Assembly (NCBI GenBank): GCA_963663545.1
Contig: OY760505.1
Location: forward strand, 3,008,001-3,072,000
Direction of reading: 5' to 3'
Length of the DNA stretch: 64,000 bases
Source of the DNA: Candidatus Delongbacteria bacterium
GTDB taxonomy: Bacteria; CAIWAD01
Both the position numbers and the translations under genes were made by a program. This document shows positions 40,212 through 52,674 of the stretch, one piece after another (the stretch's first letter is position 1; every line of letters begins with the position of its first letter). The notes under the pieces are model-generated. The model searched no databases. It had not been told where the DNA came from and saw only the letters and a program-made list of their open reading frames with translations.

Positions 40212-41268
40212 TTCGGCCGAGGCCCGTAAGCGCCTTTCGCAGTTGGTGGAAAGCCTGGAGCAGCAGCGCGAGGCGCAGCTCTTCAAGCGCAACAAGGCTG
40301 CCATCACTGCCCTGGTGGGTGGTGGTGGGCTTGGTTTGCTGGCGCTGATGGCGCATCTGCCGCTGTTGGTGATACCCGTCGCTGTTTTCGCTTTGCTTCT
40401 TGTCACACGCAATAATACCACGTCTTACACGGCCTACCGTGAGCTTTTCAAGGCGACGGTGATACCCCTGCTGCTACGGGAAATGGTGCAAGGCGTGCAC
40501 TACCAGCCGCGCTACAAGATCGCCGATGGCGACATCAACGGCGGCGGCCTGTTTTCGAGCGGCGAATGTGTCTTCGAGGGCGAGGACCTGATCGAGGGTG
40601 TCATCGGCCAGACACCTTTTCAGCTATGCGATTTGCGCGTGGCCCGCAGACGGGAAACCGAAGAGGAGGGCTATCCCTTTCGACCCGGCCTCGGCGTTCG
40701 CATGGGCGGACTCGGCTCGCTGGTCGGACTGGGGGTCATGGCTGCGGGCAAGTTGGCCTCCGAGGGCGTCAGTCTGCAGGGCGGAAACTTCAACGGCCTC
40801 TACATGATCGCCGATTTCCACAAGTCCTTCAGCGGTCGCACGGTTGTCCTGCCCGACGTGGCGGAGAAATCGGTGGGGCACCTGGCCGGCCAGGGCATGC
40901 AGCGCAGAAACAGCCGCTACGGCGAGCTTATCGTGATGGAGAATCCGGATTTCGAGCGCGAGTTCGTGGTCTACGGCAGCGATCAGGTAGAAAGTCGCTA
41001 CCTGCTGACGACCTCGCTCATGCAGCGCATTCTGCGGCTCAAACAGCGCACACGCAGCGAGCTTTCAATGGCCTTCGTCGACAATCGCGTGCATCTAGCG
41101 CTGCGCAACTTCGGCGACATTCTCGAAGTGGATCTGCGGGAAAGCCTGCTGGATGGCAAGGCGGTGGAGCGCATTTACGGCCAACTGCACGACTGCCTGG
41201 GACTGGTGGACGAGTTGAACCTGAACACTCGCATCTGGAGCAAGGCCGCTGACTCCGCTGGACAGTGA
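40186..41268 (+). CDS. DUF3137-like protein (copy 1)
   Basis: Two TM; GEDLIEG, ADFHKSFSG, ENPDFEREFVVY, ELNLNTRIW. Confidence 0.8.
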   Translation: MSASFSVLDSAEARKRLSQLVESLEQQREAQLFKRNKAAITALVGGGGLGLLALMAHLPLLVIPVAVFALLLVTRNNTTSYTAYRELFKATVIPLLLREMVQGVHYQPRYKIADGDINGGGLFSSGECVFEGEDLIEGVIGQTPFQLCDLRVARRRETEEEGYPFRPGLGVRMGGLGSLVGLGVMAAGKLASEGVSLQGGNFNGLYMIADFHKSFSGRTVVLPDVAEKSVGHLAGQGMQRRNSRYGELIVMENPDFEREFVVYGSDQVESRYLLTTSLMQRILRLKQRTRSELSMAFVDNRVHLALRNFGDILEVDLRESLLDGKAVERIYGQLHDCLGLVDELNLNTRIWSKAADSAGQ

Positions 41269-41361
41269 GCGGCTCCACCGGTATCACAGGTCCTGCTGCT
41301 GGACGAATTGTGTCACGGGCAGGTTGCCGGTTTCTGCTACGTGTACTTGAGCGGAGCGAAT

Positions 41362-42357
41362 ATGAATGACACTACTGAGCACACTCAGCAGACGGTGATA
41401 CAAGGGGAGCAACTCCAGGATCTGGAAGCCCTGCGCCTTCGCATGCTGGGACGTCGTCGCACTTTCTGGCTGGTGGCTGCTGGCGTCCTGGTATGCGGCG
41501 GGTTGGCGGGACTGTTGCTGGGGCGTCTGCCGCTGATTGTTGCAGGAGTTGTTCTTGCCGCGCTGGTGGCAGTCATTGGTCAGTCGCTGTGTCACGGCGC
41601 CTACCGCAAGCGCTTCAAACAAGAATTGGTTCCGCGACTACTGGACAGCCTTGCACCGGGACTGCGCTACTCACCAACTGGGCATGTATCACTCGAAGAC
41701 TTCAAGCGCGGCTCTTTGTATCACAGCAGAGCGGACCGCTTCAGCGGAGAAGACCTCATTGAGGGCAAGATCGGTGACACACAGTTGTGCATGAGTGAAT
41801 TGCATGCCCAGGAGAAGCATGTGACACACAACGGCAAGACTACACAGGTGCGCTACGTCACTTTCTTCAAGGGCCTGTACATGATCGCCGATTTCCACAA
41901 GCACTTCAGCGGCAAGACACTAGTGCTGCCCGATTCGGCAGAGAAGCTTTTTGGCGGTCTGCTGGGGCGCACACTGCAGAAGTGGAATTTCACTCGCGAG
42001 CAGCTGGTGCAGATGGAAGACCCCGAGTTCGAACGAGAATTCGTGGTGTACTCCACCGACCAGGTGGAGAGTCGCTATCTGCTGTCAACGGCCATGCTGC
42101 GGCGCATTCTGGAGCTCAAGCAGCGCAGCGGCTGCACACTGCTGCTCTCCTTTGTCGACAGCGAAGTCCATGTAGCTCTGCACGGTCGCCCGGACATGCT
42201 GGAACCCGGTTTGGGCGACAGCCTGATCGGCAGCAAAGGCGTCGAGCGTTTCCTGGGTGAGTTGCGCGAATGCCTGGGATTGGTAGATGCCCTCCACCTG
42301 AACACACGCATCTGGAGCAAGGCGCCGGGATCAGCAGTTCCAGGTGGTCAAGTGTAA
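41362..42357 (+). CDS. DUF3137-like protein (copy 2)
   Basis: Paralog of previous gene: GEDLIEG, ADFHKHFSG, EDPEFEREFVVY, LNTRIW. Confidence 0.8.
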   Translation: MNDTTEHTQQTVIQGEQLQDLEALRLRMLGRRRTFWLVAAGVLVCGGLAGLLLGRLPLIVAGVVLAALVAVIGQSLCHGAYRKRFKQELVPRLLDSLAPGLRYSPTGHVSLEDFKRGSLYHSRADRFSGEDLIEGKIGDTQLCMSELHAQEKHVTHNGKTTQVRYVTFFKGLYMIADFHKHFSGKTLVLPDSAEKLFGGLLGRTLQKWNFTREQLVQMEDPEFEREFVVYSTDQVESRYLLSTAMLRRILELKQRSGCTLLLSFVDSEVHVALHGRPDMLEPGLGDSLIGSKGVERFLGELRECLGLVDALHLNTRIWSKAPGSAVPGGQV

Positions 42358-42453
42358 CACACCGTGATACACTAGCTGACGGCCCCTAACGTATAAACGA
42401 TATGAGCCCGTGAGCCAGGTGCGACAAACCGTGATACTTGAATGCTGGCTTCT

Positions 42454-43149
42454 TCAGAACCCCTTCGCAATGGCAATGGCGCTTATAATCCAGCTTCCCA
42501 GCACAAGGGCGGATGAGGTGAGGTAGAAAAGCCCGGGCTTCTCTTCCCGAATCAATACCGCAGCGCGCAATCCTTCACCCAGCCGGTAGCCCAAGGGGAA
42601 GAGGAGGGCGGAGGCGAGAGCCCACGAGAGCCCTTCGCTGCCCATGAAGGCCATGAGCCCGAAAGGTCGGTTGAAGGACATGAGATAGTTGCAGGGTGCC
42701 ACATGCATGCCCGCATAGAAGAATACGCCAGCAGCCAATAGCGCAGCTGAAGCAGCACTGGCCGCTTGCAGCAGACGGCTACGATGCAGACGCTGACCTG
42801 CCAGGACCACCGCTCCCGCCATGGCCGAACCCTCCAGCAGGACTGCCATGCAGGAGTTCGCCTCGCAAACCGGCGACACCTTGAGGATAGGGACGACGAG
42901 CAGTTTGCACAACGCCGCCAGAACAGGGATTCCCAACAGCAAGCCTGGCCGCCGCAGAGCGCCCACGGCGATGGCGATCAGCCCCAGGCCGATGCCGGTC
43001 AGAATGCCAGCCCGGAACGGCAGTGTGCTCATGCGGATCGCTCCGCTCACGAAGACTTCGGACAGGCCCCATAAGGAACCCAGGACTGCGATCAGGAGCA
43101 GCGCCTTGCCTGGTTGTATTCTCTCGCTTGCGTCGTCATGTCGGTTCAT
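42454..43149 (-). CDS. Multi-TM hypothetical membrane protein
   Basis: About seven hydrophobic helices; AGGAG RBS before ATG 43149. Confidence 0.75.
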   Translation of the reverse strand: MNRHDDASERIQPGKALLLIAVLGSLWGLSEVFVSGAIRMSTLPFRAGILTGIGLGLIAIAVGALRRPGLLLGIPVLAALCKLLVVPILKVSPVCEANSCMAVLLEGSAMAGAVVLAGQRLHRSRLLQAASAASAALLAAGVFFYAGMHVAPCNYLMSFNRPFGLMAFMGSEGLSWALASALLFPLGYRLGEGLRAAVLIREEKPGLFYLTSSALVLGSWIISAIAIAKGF

Positions 43150-43589
43150 GAGTACTCCTGTCCGGGTCAATTATAGCTTTGAAGGCAGCAATATAGCGAA
43201 GCGGCGGACTCTTTCGCCCACGGGTTCGCGCGCTTGCCTGCAGAACAGCACTCGGACGCTAGCGCACTACAATGAGAGAACCCGGTCACTCTACCGGGGA
43301 GGCCTAGATAGGAAAGGAGCCGCAACGGGCTCGGGCAACTGCGGAGGAAAGCACAAGGAATTTTTCTTTTTCGAGAAGTTTTTGAGTGCTCGCAGCGGCT
43401 CATTTCTATATTGGACGGCTCGTTGTCCTGGAGTTGTACGTAGCTTTGTCTTCGAGATCTTCACGCCCAGTGCTGCACTCGCTTGAATCTGCGTAAAACC
43501 TCAGAAAAAGAAGCAATTGAGATGCATTTCCCCTTGCATATCTTGTGCAACACATGTATCATGGTGGTCTTGCAAATTTCGGAGGAAAC

Positions 43590-43964
43590 GTGCCGACGAT
43601 CAATCAATTGGTCCGTAAGGGTCGCGCAAAGCAGGTCGACAAGCAGAATAGCCCTGCTTTGAAGCGTTGCCCCCAGCGTCGCGGCGTCTGCACGCAGGTG
43701 CGTACAACGACCCCCAAGAAGCCGAATTCGGCGCTGCGCAAGATTGCGCGTGTGCGTCTGACAAGTGGCTTTGAGGTGACCGCCTATATTCCCGGTGAGG
43801 GGCACAACCTGCAGGAGCACAGCATTGTGCTCGTGCGTGGTGGTCGTGTGAAGGATCTGCCCGGCGTGCGCTACCACATCATTCGTGGCGCCCTGGATAC
43901 CGCTGGTGTTGATGGTCGCAACCAGGGCCGTTCGAAGTACGGTACCAAGCGACCCAAGAAGTAA
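43590..43964 (+). CDS. rpsL: 30S ribosomal protein S12
   Basis: [31 protein letters not shown] start. Confidence 0.99.
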   Translation: MPTINQLVRKGRAKQVDKQNSPALKRCPQRRGVCTQVRTTTPKKPNSALRKIARVRLTSGFEVTAYIPGEGHNLQEHSIVLVRGGRVKDLPGVRYHIIRGALDTAGVDGRNQGRSKYGTKRPKK

Positions 43965-43977
43965 GGACAGGTGAACG

Positions 43978-44445
43978 ATGCGCAGACGTCGTGCTCCGCA
44001 GCGGGTATTGCTGCCTGATCCCAAGTTCCATTCCAAGTTGGCGGCCCGCTTCATCAACTCGATGATGCAGGGTGGAAGTAAGTCCACCGCCGAGCGTCAG
44101 TTCTATCGTGCTATCGATCTGATCGACGCCAAGGCCGACCGCCCGGGTCTGGAAGTGTTTGAAAAGGCCGTGCGCCAGGTCGAGCCTCTGCTCGAGGTGC
44201 GCAGCCGTCGCGTGGGTGGTTCCACCTACCAGGTTCCGGTTGAGGTTCGCCCCAAGCGCAAAACCGCGCTGGCCATTCGCTGGCTGATCACCTACAGTCG
44301 TGGTCGCAGCGAGAAGACCTTTGCCGAGCGCCTTGCCGGTGAATTGATTGCCGCCTACAAGAAGGAAGGAAGCTCCTTCAAGAAGCGCGAAGACGTGCAC
44401 AAGATGGCCGAAGCCAACAAGGCTTTCGCCCACTTCCGTTGGTAG
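43978..44445 (+). CDS. rpsG: 30S ribosomal protein S7
   Basis: RRVGGSTYQVP, MAEANKAFAHFRW. Confidence 0.99.
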   Translation: MRRRRAPQRVLLPDPKFHSKLAARFINSMMQGGSKSTAERQFYRAIDLIDAKADRPGLEVFEKAVRQVEPLLEVRSRRVGGSTYQVPVEVRPKRKTALAIRWLITYSRGRSEKTFAERLAGELIAAYKKEGSSFKKREDVHKMAEANKAFAHFRW

Positions 44446-44472
44446 CGAAGGACTTCAGGTAACGGACCAGAG

Positions 44473-46560
44473 ATGAACGCCGAATTCCAGACAGTACTGT
44501 CAAAGACCCGCAACATTGGCATCATGGCTCACATCGATGCGGGTAAAACCACGACCACCGAGCGCATCCTGTATTACACAGGTAAAGTGCATCGTATGGG
44601 CGAGGTGCATGACGGCGCTGCCGTAATGGATTGGATGGAGCAGGAGCGCGAGCGTGGGATCACCATTACCTCCGCTGCTATTTCCACCCAGTGGCGCGAC
44701 CATCGCATCAACATCATTGACACTCCCGGACACGTGGATTTTACCGCCGAGGTGGAGCGCAGCCTGCGCATCCTTGATGGTGCGGTCGCGCTGTTCTGCG
44801 CTGTCGGTGGTGTTGAGCCTCAGTCCGAGACGGTGTGGCGCCAGGCTGACAAGTATATGGTGCCGCGCATTGCCTTCGTTAACAAAATGGACCGTACCGG
44901 CGCCGACTTCTACGCTGTGCTGGACGCCATGCGCAATCGTCTGGGAGCGAATCCGCTTGCGGTGCAGATTCCCATCGGTGCAGGCGACCTGTTCACCGGC
45001 CTCATCGACCTTGTGACGATGAAGGCGGTGCTCTACAACGAGAAGTCGCTGGGTTCGCTCTTTGAGGAAACCGAGATTCCTGCGGATATGCAGGCTCAGG
45101 CTCACGAATACCGCGAGAAAATGCTCGAGGCGATTTCGGATTACGACGATCGTCTGATGGAGCTTTTCCTCGAGGGTGAGCACATTCCTGAAGAGGAAAT
45201 CCGCGAAGCCCTGCGTAAGGCGGCGCTGAATCTTTCCATTGTGCCCGTTCTGTGCGGCAGTGCGTTCAAGAACAAGGGTGTGCAGCGTCTGATGGATGCC
45301 ATCACCTACTACCTTCCCAGTCCGCTTGATGTGGGAGCCGTTACAGGCCGGCATCCACGCACGGACGAGGAAGTTGTACGCAACTGTGATCCCGATGAGC
45401 CCTTTGCGGCCCTGGCTTTCAAGATCCAGACCGATCCATACGTGGGTCGTCTGACCTATTTCCGTGTGTACTCCGGTAAGGTGTCCACGGGCGATCAGGT
45501 CTTGAATGTGGCCACGGGCAACAAGGAACGCATGGGTCGCCTGCTGCAGATGTCTGCCAACAAGCGTGAAGACATCGAGACCGTTTCGGCCGGTGATATT
45601 GCCGCTGTAATCGGTCTCAAGAAGGTGCGCACCGGTGATACACTGACCCGTGTCGACAAGCCCGTCGTGCTGGAGCAGATCACCTTCCCTGAGCCTGTGA
45701 TCGCCATTGCAATTGAACCCAAGACGAAGGCGGACCAGGAGCGTCTGGACGATGCTCTCGAGAAGCTGGCGGAAGAGGATCCGACTTTCCAGATCAAGAA
45801 CGATCAGGAAACCGGTCAGCTGCAGATCTCCGGAATGGGTGAGCTGCATCTGGAAATTCTCATTGACCGCATGCGCAAGGAGTTCAAGGTTGATGCCAAC
45901 GTCGGTCGGCCAATGGTGAGCTATCGCGAAACGATTACCAAGGTCGTTGAAGTGGATCACCGCTTCTCGCGCCAGTCCGGCGGTCGTGGTCAGTTCGCGC
46001 AAGTGAAAATTCGTCTCGAACCGGCGGAAACCGGTGCGGGATTTGTGTTTGAGAACAAAATCGTTGGTGGCGCCATTCCCAAGGAATTCGTTAACCCGAC
46101 TTCCAACGGAATCAAGGAGGCCATGAGGACGGGAGTCCTCGCCGGTTACCCTGTGGAGGATGTAAAAGTCACCTTGCTGGATGGCCAATTTCATGAGGTC
46201 GATTCCAGTGAGCTCGCCTTCAAGATAGCCGGATCTATGGCCTTCCGGGAGGCAGCTGGAAAAGCTGCCCCTGTCCTCCTGGAACCAATTATGCGCGTCG
46301 AGGTGGTCGTCCCGGACGACTACATGGGTGACGTAATGGGTAATCTCAACGCTCGTCGTGGTCGCATTAGCGGCATCGACCCGCGCCGTGATGCTCAAGT
46401 GATACGCGCTAACGTTCCACTAGCCGAGATGTTCGGCTATGCCACAGTACTGCGTTCCATTACACAGGGGAGAGCCGTGTTCAACATGGAATTCTCCCAC
46501 TATCGAGAGGTGCCTGAAAAGCAGGCCGTCGAGCTTTTGAAGCACGTCGGTCGGCGTTAG
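44473..46560 (+). CDS. fusA: Elongation factor G
   Basis: [29 protein letters not shown]. Confidence 0.99.
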   Translation: MNAEFQTVLSKTRNIGIMAHIDAGKTTTTERILYYTGKVHRMGEVHDGAAVMDWMEQERERGITITSAAISTQWRDHRINIIDTPGHVDFTAEVERSLRILDGAVALFCAVGGVEPQSETVWRQADKYMVPRIAFVNKMDRTGADFYAVLDAMRNRLGANPLAVQIPIGAGDLFTGLIDLVTMKAVLYNEKSLGSLFEETEIPADMQAQAHEYREKMLEAISDYDDRLMELFLEGEHIPEEEIREALRKAALNLSIVPVLCGSAFKNKGVQRLMDAITYYLPSPLDVGAVTGRHPRTDEEVVRNCDPDEPFAALAFKIQTDPYVGRLTYFRVYSGKVSTGDQVLNVATGNKERMGRLLQMSANKREDIETVSAGDIAAVIGLKKVRTGDTLTRVDKPVVLEQITFPEPVIAIAIEPKTKADQERLDDALEKLAEEDPTFQIKNDQETGQLQISGMGELHLEILIDRMRKEFKVDANVGRPMVSYRETITKVVEVDHRFSRQSGGRGQFAQVKIRLEPAETGAGFVFENKIVGGAIPKEFVNPTSNGIKEAMRTGVLAGYPVEDVKVTLLDGQFHEVDSSELAFKIAGSMAFREAAGKAAPVLLEPIMRVEVVVPDDYMGDVMGNLNARRGRISGIDPRRDAQVIRANVPLAEMFGYATVLRSITQGRAVFNMEFSHYREVPEKQAVELLKHVGRR

Positions 46561-46724
46561 GGCCCTGTCCTACATTTTGTCAGATAGAGAGTTGGCGGCC
46601 TGTGTCGTCGACCATAAGAAACCGTGACGTATCACGCGTGTGATACGTACCCGGCACGGTATCCGACACAGGATGCTGCCTGTCGCGGTTGAAAACCTGT
46701 GCCAATAGCTGATGGAGTAATCCA

Positions 46725-47918
<1,194 letters not shown>

Positions 47919-47940
47919 CTAAAAGCAGGAGAGCCCGATC

Positions 47941-48249
47941 GTGGCGAATCCGAACATCCGCATCCGCCTTAAGGCTTACGATCACAACCTGATCGACATG
48001 TCTGCGGAGAAGATCATCAAGACCGCACGCGATTCCGGTGCCATAGTGGCCGGTCCGATTCCCCTGCCGACCCGCCGGTCCGTGGTGACGGTCAACCGCT
48101 CGCCGCACGTGGACAAAAAGAGCCGCGAGCAGTTCGAGACCCGTATACACAAGCGTCTCATTGACATTCTCAATGCGACCAATAAGACCATCGACGCCCT
48201 GATGAAGCTTGAGCTTCCCGCCGGTGTTGATATCGAGATCAAGTCCTAA
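47941..48249 (+). CDS. rpsJ: 30S ribosomal protein S10
   Basis: [17 protein letters not shown]. Confidence 0.99.
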   Translation: MANPNIRIRLKAYDHNLIDMSAEKIIKTARDSGAIVAGPIPLPTRRSVVTVNRSPHVDKKSREQFETRIHKRLIDILNATNKTIDALMKLELPAGVDIEIKS

Positions 48250-48264
48250 GAGGAGCCCATATAG

Positions 48265-48882
48265 ATGAGCGCCATTCTCGGACGCAAACTCGGGATGACT
48301 TCGATCTTTGATGAGAATGGAAATTCCATTCCTGTCACCGTGATCGAGGCCGGTCCCTGCTATATCACCCAGATCAAGACCACCGAGAAGGATGGTTACG
48401 AGGCGGTGCAGTTGGGCTTCCAGGAGACCAAACCGCGCCGCTTGAACCGCCCTGAGACGGGTCATCTGAAGAAGGCTGGCGTCAAGCCTGTTCGTCACCT
48501 GCGCGAGTTTCGCGGTGCCAAGTACGAAGAAGTCACCCTTGGCGGAGAGGTTAACTGCTCCGTGTTCAAGGTGGGCGATCGTGTTGACATCGCTGGAACA
48601 TCCAAGGGTCGCGGCTTCACTGGTGTGATGAAGCGTCATGGTTTCCACGGCTTCAAGGCCACGCACGGTGTGCACGAATCCTATCGCGGACCCGGTTCCG
48701 TGGGTGCCGCCTCCGATCCTTCCCGTACCTTCAAGAACTGGCGCATGGCCGGGCATCATGGCGACAGCCGTGTGACCGTGTACAATCTGCGCATCGTTCA
48801 GGTGGATGCGGAGAAGAACCTGATTCTGGTCAAGGGCGCGGTCCCCGGGGCCCGCAACGGCCTGCTGGAAATCCGCAAGTAG
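48265..48882 (+). CDS. rplC: 50S ribosomal protein L3
   Basis: KLGMT, DGYEAVQLG, SKGRGF; synteny. Confidence 0.98.
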   Translation: MSAILGRKLGMTSIFDENGNSIPVTVIEAGPCYITQIKTTEKDGYEAVQLGFQETKPRRLNRPETGHLKKAGVKPVRHLREFRGAKYEEVTLGGEVNCSVFKVGDRVDIAGTSKGRGFTGVMKRHGFHGFKATHGVHESYRGPGSVGAASDPSRTFKNWRMAGHHGDSRVTVYNLRIVQVDAEKNLILVKGAVPGARNGLLEIRK

Positions 48883-48891
48883 AGGTAAACG

Positions 48892-49524
48892 ATGGAACTG
48901 AAAGTCCACAAGATTGACGGCACTGCCACGGCCGAGACCGTCAACCTGCCCGACGAGCTGTTCAATATCGAGCAGCCCAACGAGCATGCCATCTACCTGG
49001 CGGTGGTCTCAGAGGAAACTGCCAAGCGTCAGGGTACGCACATGGCCCGCACTCGCGGCCTGGTATCCGGCGGTGGCAGGAAGCCCTTCCGCCAGAAAGG
49101 TACCGGCAACGCTCGTCAGGGCACCATCCGCGCTCCGCAGTACCGCGGTGGCGGTCGTGTCTTCGGGCCGGAACCCCGTGATTACGAGAAGAAGATCAAT
49201 CGCAAGGTCAAGGTGTTGGCCCGCAAGAGCGCATTCACTCTTCGTGCCCGTGAGCAGAAGGTGATCGTGGTCGAGGATTTCGCCTTTGAAACTCCGCGTA
49301 CCCGCGAGATGACGCGCTTCCTGAAAGCCTTCCAGTTGGACGGTCACCGCGTGCTGATTCTGACCTCCGATCTGGACAAGAATCTGCACCTGTCTGCGCG
49401 CAACATCTATAAGCTGGATCTGAAGCCCTATGATCAGCCCAGCGTGCGTGACATTGTCCGCAGCGAAGTTGTGATTCTGCAGAAGAGTGCAGTGGCCAAG
49501 CTGAAGGAGGTGTACGGTGGCTGA
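48892..49524 (+). CDS. rplD: 50S ribosomal protein L4
   Basis: KPFRQKGTGNARQG. Confidence 0.98.
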   Translation: MELKVHKIDGTATAETVNLPDELFNIEQPNEHAIYLAVVSEETAKRQGTHMARTRGLVSGGGRKPFRQKGTGNARQGTIRAPQYRGGGRVFGPEPRDYEKKINRKVKVLARKSAFTLRAREQKVIVVEDFAFETPRTREMTRFLKAFQLDGHRVLILTSDLDKNLHLSARNIYKLDLKPYDQPSVRDIVRSEVVILQKSAVAKLKEVYGG

Positions 49525-49801
49525 GGTAATTCTGGTCCACCCGCTCCTCACCGAGCAAATGGTAATCCTGCAGGACGAGCGGAACCAGTACGGTTTTGCC
49601 GTTGGCCGCAATGCCAACAAGATCCAGATCAAGGATGCCATTGAGAAGAAGTACGGCGTCACGGTTGAGTCTGTCCGCACTATGAATGTGTTGGGCAAGA
49701 CCAAGCGTATGGGACGCTTCGTCGGTCGGCGTGCCGCCTGGAAGAAGGCGATCATCACGCTGAAGGCCGGTGACAAGATTGAACTGGTCGCTGGACTGTA
49801 G
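49517..49801 (+). CDS. rplW: 50S ribosomal protein L23
   Basis: ANKIQIK, WKKAIITL. Confidence 0.97.
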   Translation: MAEVILVHPLLTEQMVILQDERNQYGFAVGRNANKIQIKDAIEKKYGVTVESVRTMNVLGKTKRMGRFVGRRAAWKKAIITLKAGDKIELVAGL

Positions 49802-49819
49802 CGAGAACTGGAGACAGAC

Positions 49820-50647
49820 ATGGCTCTGAAACTCTATAAGCCCAACACGCCCGGCCAGCGCTTTCGTTCCGGCTTCGCCTTCGACGAAGTAACGAAGACC
49901 GTGCCAGAGAAGGCGCTGACCAAGCCCAAGAAGCGTTCCGGTGGACGTAACAACACCGGTCGCATCACAAGTCGGCACATTGGTGGTGGGCACAAGCAGA
50001 AGTATCGTATCATCGACTTCAAGCGCAACAAGGATGGAATTCCCGCTCGCGTTGCCGCCATCGAGTACGATCCCAACCGTAATGCTCGCATCGCACTGCT
50101 GTTCTACAAGGACGGCGAGAAGCGTTACATCATCGCTCCCGACGGAGTGAAGGTGGACGACTGGCTGCAGTCCGGTACGGGTAGCGAAATTCACGTGGGC
50201 AACTGCCTCCCCCTGAAGAATATTCCCCAGGGTGAGACCGTTCACTGCATCGAGCTGAAGATCGGCAAGGGCGCGCAGATGTGCCGTGGTGCCGGTACTG
50301 GCGCGACGGTGATGGCCAAGGACGGTGATTACGTCCTGCTGCGCCTGCCTTCCGGTGAGTTGCGCAAGGTGCACGAGCGTTGCCGTGCGACCATTGGTCG
50401 TGTGGGTAACTCTGATTTCATGAACATCAATTCGGGCAAGGCCGGTCGCAGCCGCTGGTTGGGCAAGCGTCCTCACGTTCGCGGCGTGGCCATGAACCCG
50501 GTGGATCACCCGATGGGTGGTGGTGAAGGCCGCAGTAGTGGTGGTCGTCACCCGTGTAGCCCCTGGGGCCAGCCGTCCAAGGGTTACAAGACCCGCAAGA
50601 AGAGCAAGGCCTCGGATAAGTACATCGTCCGTCGCCGGACCAAGTAA
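49820..50647 (+). CDS. rplB: 50S ribosomal protein L2
   Basis: [20 protein letters not shown]. Confidence 0.99.
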   Translation: MALKLYKPNTPGQRFRSGFAFDEVTKTVPEKALTKPKKRSGGRNNTGRITSRHIGGGHKQKYRIIDFKRNKDGIPARVAAIEYDPNRNARIALLFYKDGEKRYIIAPDGVKVDDWLQSGTGSEIHVGNCLPLKNIPQGETVHCIELKIGKGAQMCRGAGTGATVMAKDGDYVLLRLPSGELRKVHERCRATIGRVGNSDFMNINSGKAGRSRWLGKRPHVRGVAMNPVDHPMGGGEGRSSGGRHPCSPWGQPSKGYKTRKKSKASDKYIVRRRTK

Positions 50648-50659
50648 GCGGAGCTGATC

Positions 50660-50944
50660 ATGCCGAGATCAATTAAAAAAGGCCCCTTTGTGGATGAGCA
50701 CCTTGTAAGGAAGGTGGACGCCATGAAGGATGCTCGTGACAAGAAGGTCATTCAGACCTGGAGTCGGCGTTCGATCATTACGCCGGATTTCATTGGCCTG
50801 ACCTTCGCCGTGCACAACGGGAAGAAGTTCATCCCTGTGTACGTTTCTGATAATATGGTTGGGCACAAGCTGGGTGAGTTCGCCCCCACCCGGACCTATT
50901 TCGGCCACAAGGACAAAAAGGGCGACAAAAAAGCCAAGCGCTAG
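50660..50944 (+). CDS. rpsS: 30S ribosomal protein S19
   Basis: [19 protein letters not shown]. Confidence 0.99.
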   Translation: MPRSIKKGPFVDEHLVRKVDAMKDARDKKVIQTWSRRSIITPDFIGLTFAVHNGKKFIPVYVSDNMVGHKLGEFAPTRTYFGHKDKKGDKKAKR

Positions 50945-50947
50945 GGA

Positions 50948-51322
50948 ATGAGCATGGAAGCGAGAGCGATAAGCCGCAACGTGCGGATTTCTCCGAGGAA
51001 GATGCGCCTGGTTGCCGACCTTGTGCGGGGCATGAAGGTCAACGACGCGCTGGTTCAGCTGCAATTCAATCCGAAGCGCGCTGCCACTCCCGTCTCAAAG
51101 GCGGTTAAGTCAGCGGTCGCGAACTTCAAGCAGCAGGATGGTTCGGCCCAGGTGAACATCGATGAGTTGGTGATCCGTAAGATTTGGGTGGACGAGGGCC
51201 CCACAGCCCGCCGGTTCCTTCCCCGCGCAATGGGTCGTGCCACGGTGATCCGCAAGCGTTCCAGTCACCTTACGGTGGTGGTCGGAGATCCGGCGGCACT
51301 CAAGAGCGGGACGGAGGAATAA
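50948..51322 (+). CDS. rplV: 50S ribosomal protein L22
   Basis: ISPRKMRLV, PRAMGRA. Confidence 0.98.
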   Translation: MSMEARAISRNVRISPRKMRLVADLVRGMKVNDALVQLQFNPKRAATPVSKAVKSAVANFKQQDGSAQVNIDELVIRKIWVDEGPTARRFLPRAMGRATVIRKRSSHLTVVVGDPAALKSGTEE

Positions 51323-52026
51323 TGGGTCAGAAAACACATCCCATCGGATTGCGCCTCGGAATCAATCGAACCTGGAGTTCGAACTGGTTTGACGAGAGCA
51401 ATTTTGCCGACAAGCTGATTCAGGATGTCGAGATCCGTAAGTACATCCTCAGCCGCAAGGCCTATCAGAATGCCGGCATTGCCCGCATCGACATCGAGCG
51501 CCAGTCGCAGAATGTCGTGCTGACTCTGCACACCGCCCGACCGGGTATGGTAATCGGACGCAAGGGCCAGGACGTGGAGCGTCTCCGTCAGGAGCTGAAC
51601 CACAAGTTCAAGACCCAGGTGCAGGTCAACATTATTGAGATCAAGAAGCCTGAGCTGGTGGCCAAGCTGGTCGCCGACGCAGTTGCAAGGCAGCTTGAGG
51701 GTCGCGTGTCGTTCCGTCGCGCAATGAAGAAGACCCTGCAGGCCACCATGCGCAATGGCGCCGATGGCATCAAGATCATGTGCAGCGGCCGTCTGGGCGG
51801 ACATGAAATGTCCCGCACCGAGACCTATAAAGAGGGACGCATTCCTTTGCACACCCTCCGTGCCGACATCGACTACGCCCTCTCCGAGGCGCGTACCACC
51901 TATGGTGTGATCGGTGTCAAGGTCTGGATCTGCCGCGGTGAGAAATTCGGCGTGGATTACAACAAGGGTAACCGCAAGGGCCGCAGCAATCCCGCTGCTG
52001 GTCAGGGCGGTGGCCGCCGCAAGTAG
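51322..52026 (+). CDS. rpsC: 30S ribosomal protein S3
   Basis: [25 protein letters not shown] 51322. Confidence 0.99.
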   Translation: MGQKTHPIGLRLGINRTWSSNWFDESNFADKLIQDVEIRKYILSRKAYQNAGIARIDIERQSQNVVLTLHTARPGMVIGRKGQDVERLRQELNHKFKTQVQVNIIEIKKPELVAKLVADAVARQLEGRVSFRRAMKKTLQATMRNGADGIKIMCSGRLGGHEMSRTETYKEGRIPLHTLRADIDYALSEARTTYGVIGVKVWICRGEKFGVDYNKGNRKGRSNPAAGQGGGRRK

Positions 52027-52037
52027 GAGATGCGAGC

Positions 52038-52448
52038 ATGTTGATGCCAAAGCGTGTCAAACGACGCAAGCAACATCGTGGCCGCATGCGGGGCTTTGCC
52101 TACCGCGGCAGCAGCGTCGACTTCGGCGAATTCGGTCTGAAGGCCATGGAGCCCGGCTGGATTACCGCCAGGCAGATTGAAGCGGCTCGTGTGGCCATGA
52201 CGCGTCACATGAAGCGTTATGGAAAGGTCTGGATCCGCATTTTCCCGGATAAGCCTGTTTCCAAGAAGCCGCTCGAAACCCGTATGGGTAAGGGTAAGGG
52301 TGCACCTGAGTTTTGGGTATCCGTGATCAAGCCTGGTCGCGTGATGTTCGAGATCGAGGGTGTGTCCCGAGATGTCGCCCGGGAGGCGCTGCGTCTGGCC
52401 AGCCACAAGCTGCCGATCGCCACCCGATTTGTCGAGCGCCAGGACTAG
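52038..52448 (+). CDS. rplP: 50S ribosomal protein L16
   Basis: MLMPKR, RMGKGKG. Confidence 0.99.
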   Translation: MLMPKRVKRRKQHRGRMRGFAYRGSSVDFGEFGLKAMEPGWITARQIEAARVAMTRHMKRYGKVWIRIFPDKPVSKKPLETRMGKGKGAPEFWVSVIKPGRVMFEIEGVSRDVAREALRLASHKLPIATRFVERQD

Positions 52449-52458
52449 GAGGCTCACG

Positions 52459-52665
52459 ATGAGGACGACTGACATTCGTCAGATGACAGCAGACGATCTG
52501 CGCGGCCGTTTGAACGAGGCCGAGCGGGAGTTGGAAGGACTGCACTTTCAGCAGGCCACTGCCCAGTTGGACAACCCGCTCCAGATTCGTCAGCTCAAGA
52601 AGGATATCGCCCGGCTGCGCACTGTGTTGCGTGAGATGGAGCTGGGGATCACCCGGGAAAAGTAG
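52459..52665 (+). CDS. rpmC: 50S ribosomal protein L29
   Basis: QLDNPLQIRQLKKDIARLRT; AGGAGG RBS. Confidence 0.96.
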   Translation: MRTTDIRQMTADDLRGRLNEAERELEGLHFQQATAQLDNPLQIRQLKKDIARLRTVLREMELGITREK

Positions 52666-52674
52666 GAGCTACAA

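Noticed and set aside
43150..43589. Riboswitch or tRNA between the membrane gene and rpsL
   Set aside because: No cobalamin, TPP or SAM consensus and no cloverleaf recognised; promoter-like hexamers have poor spacing.
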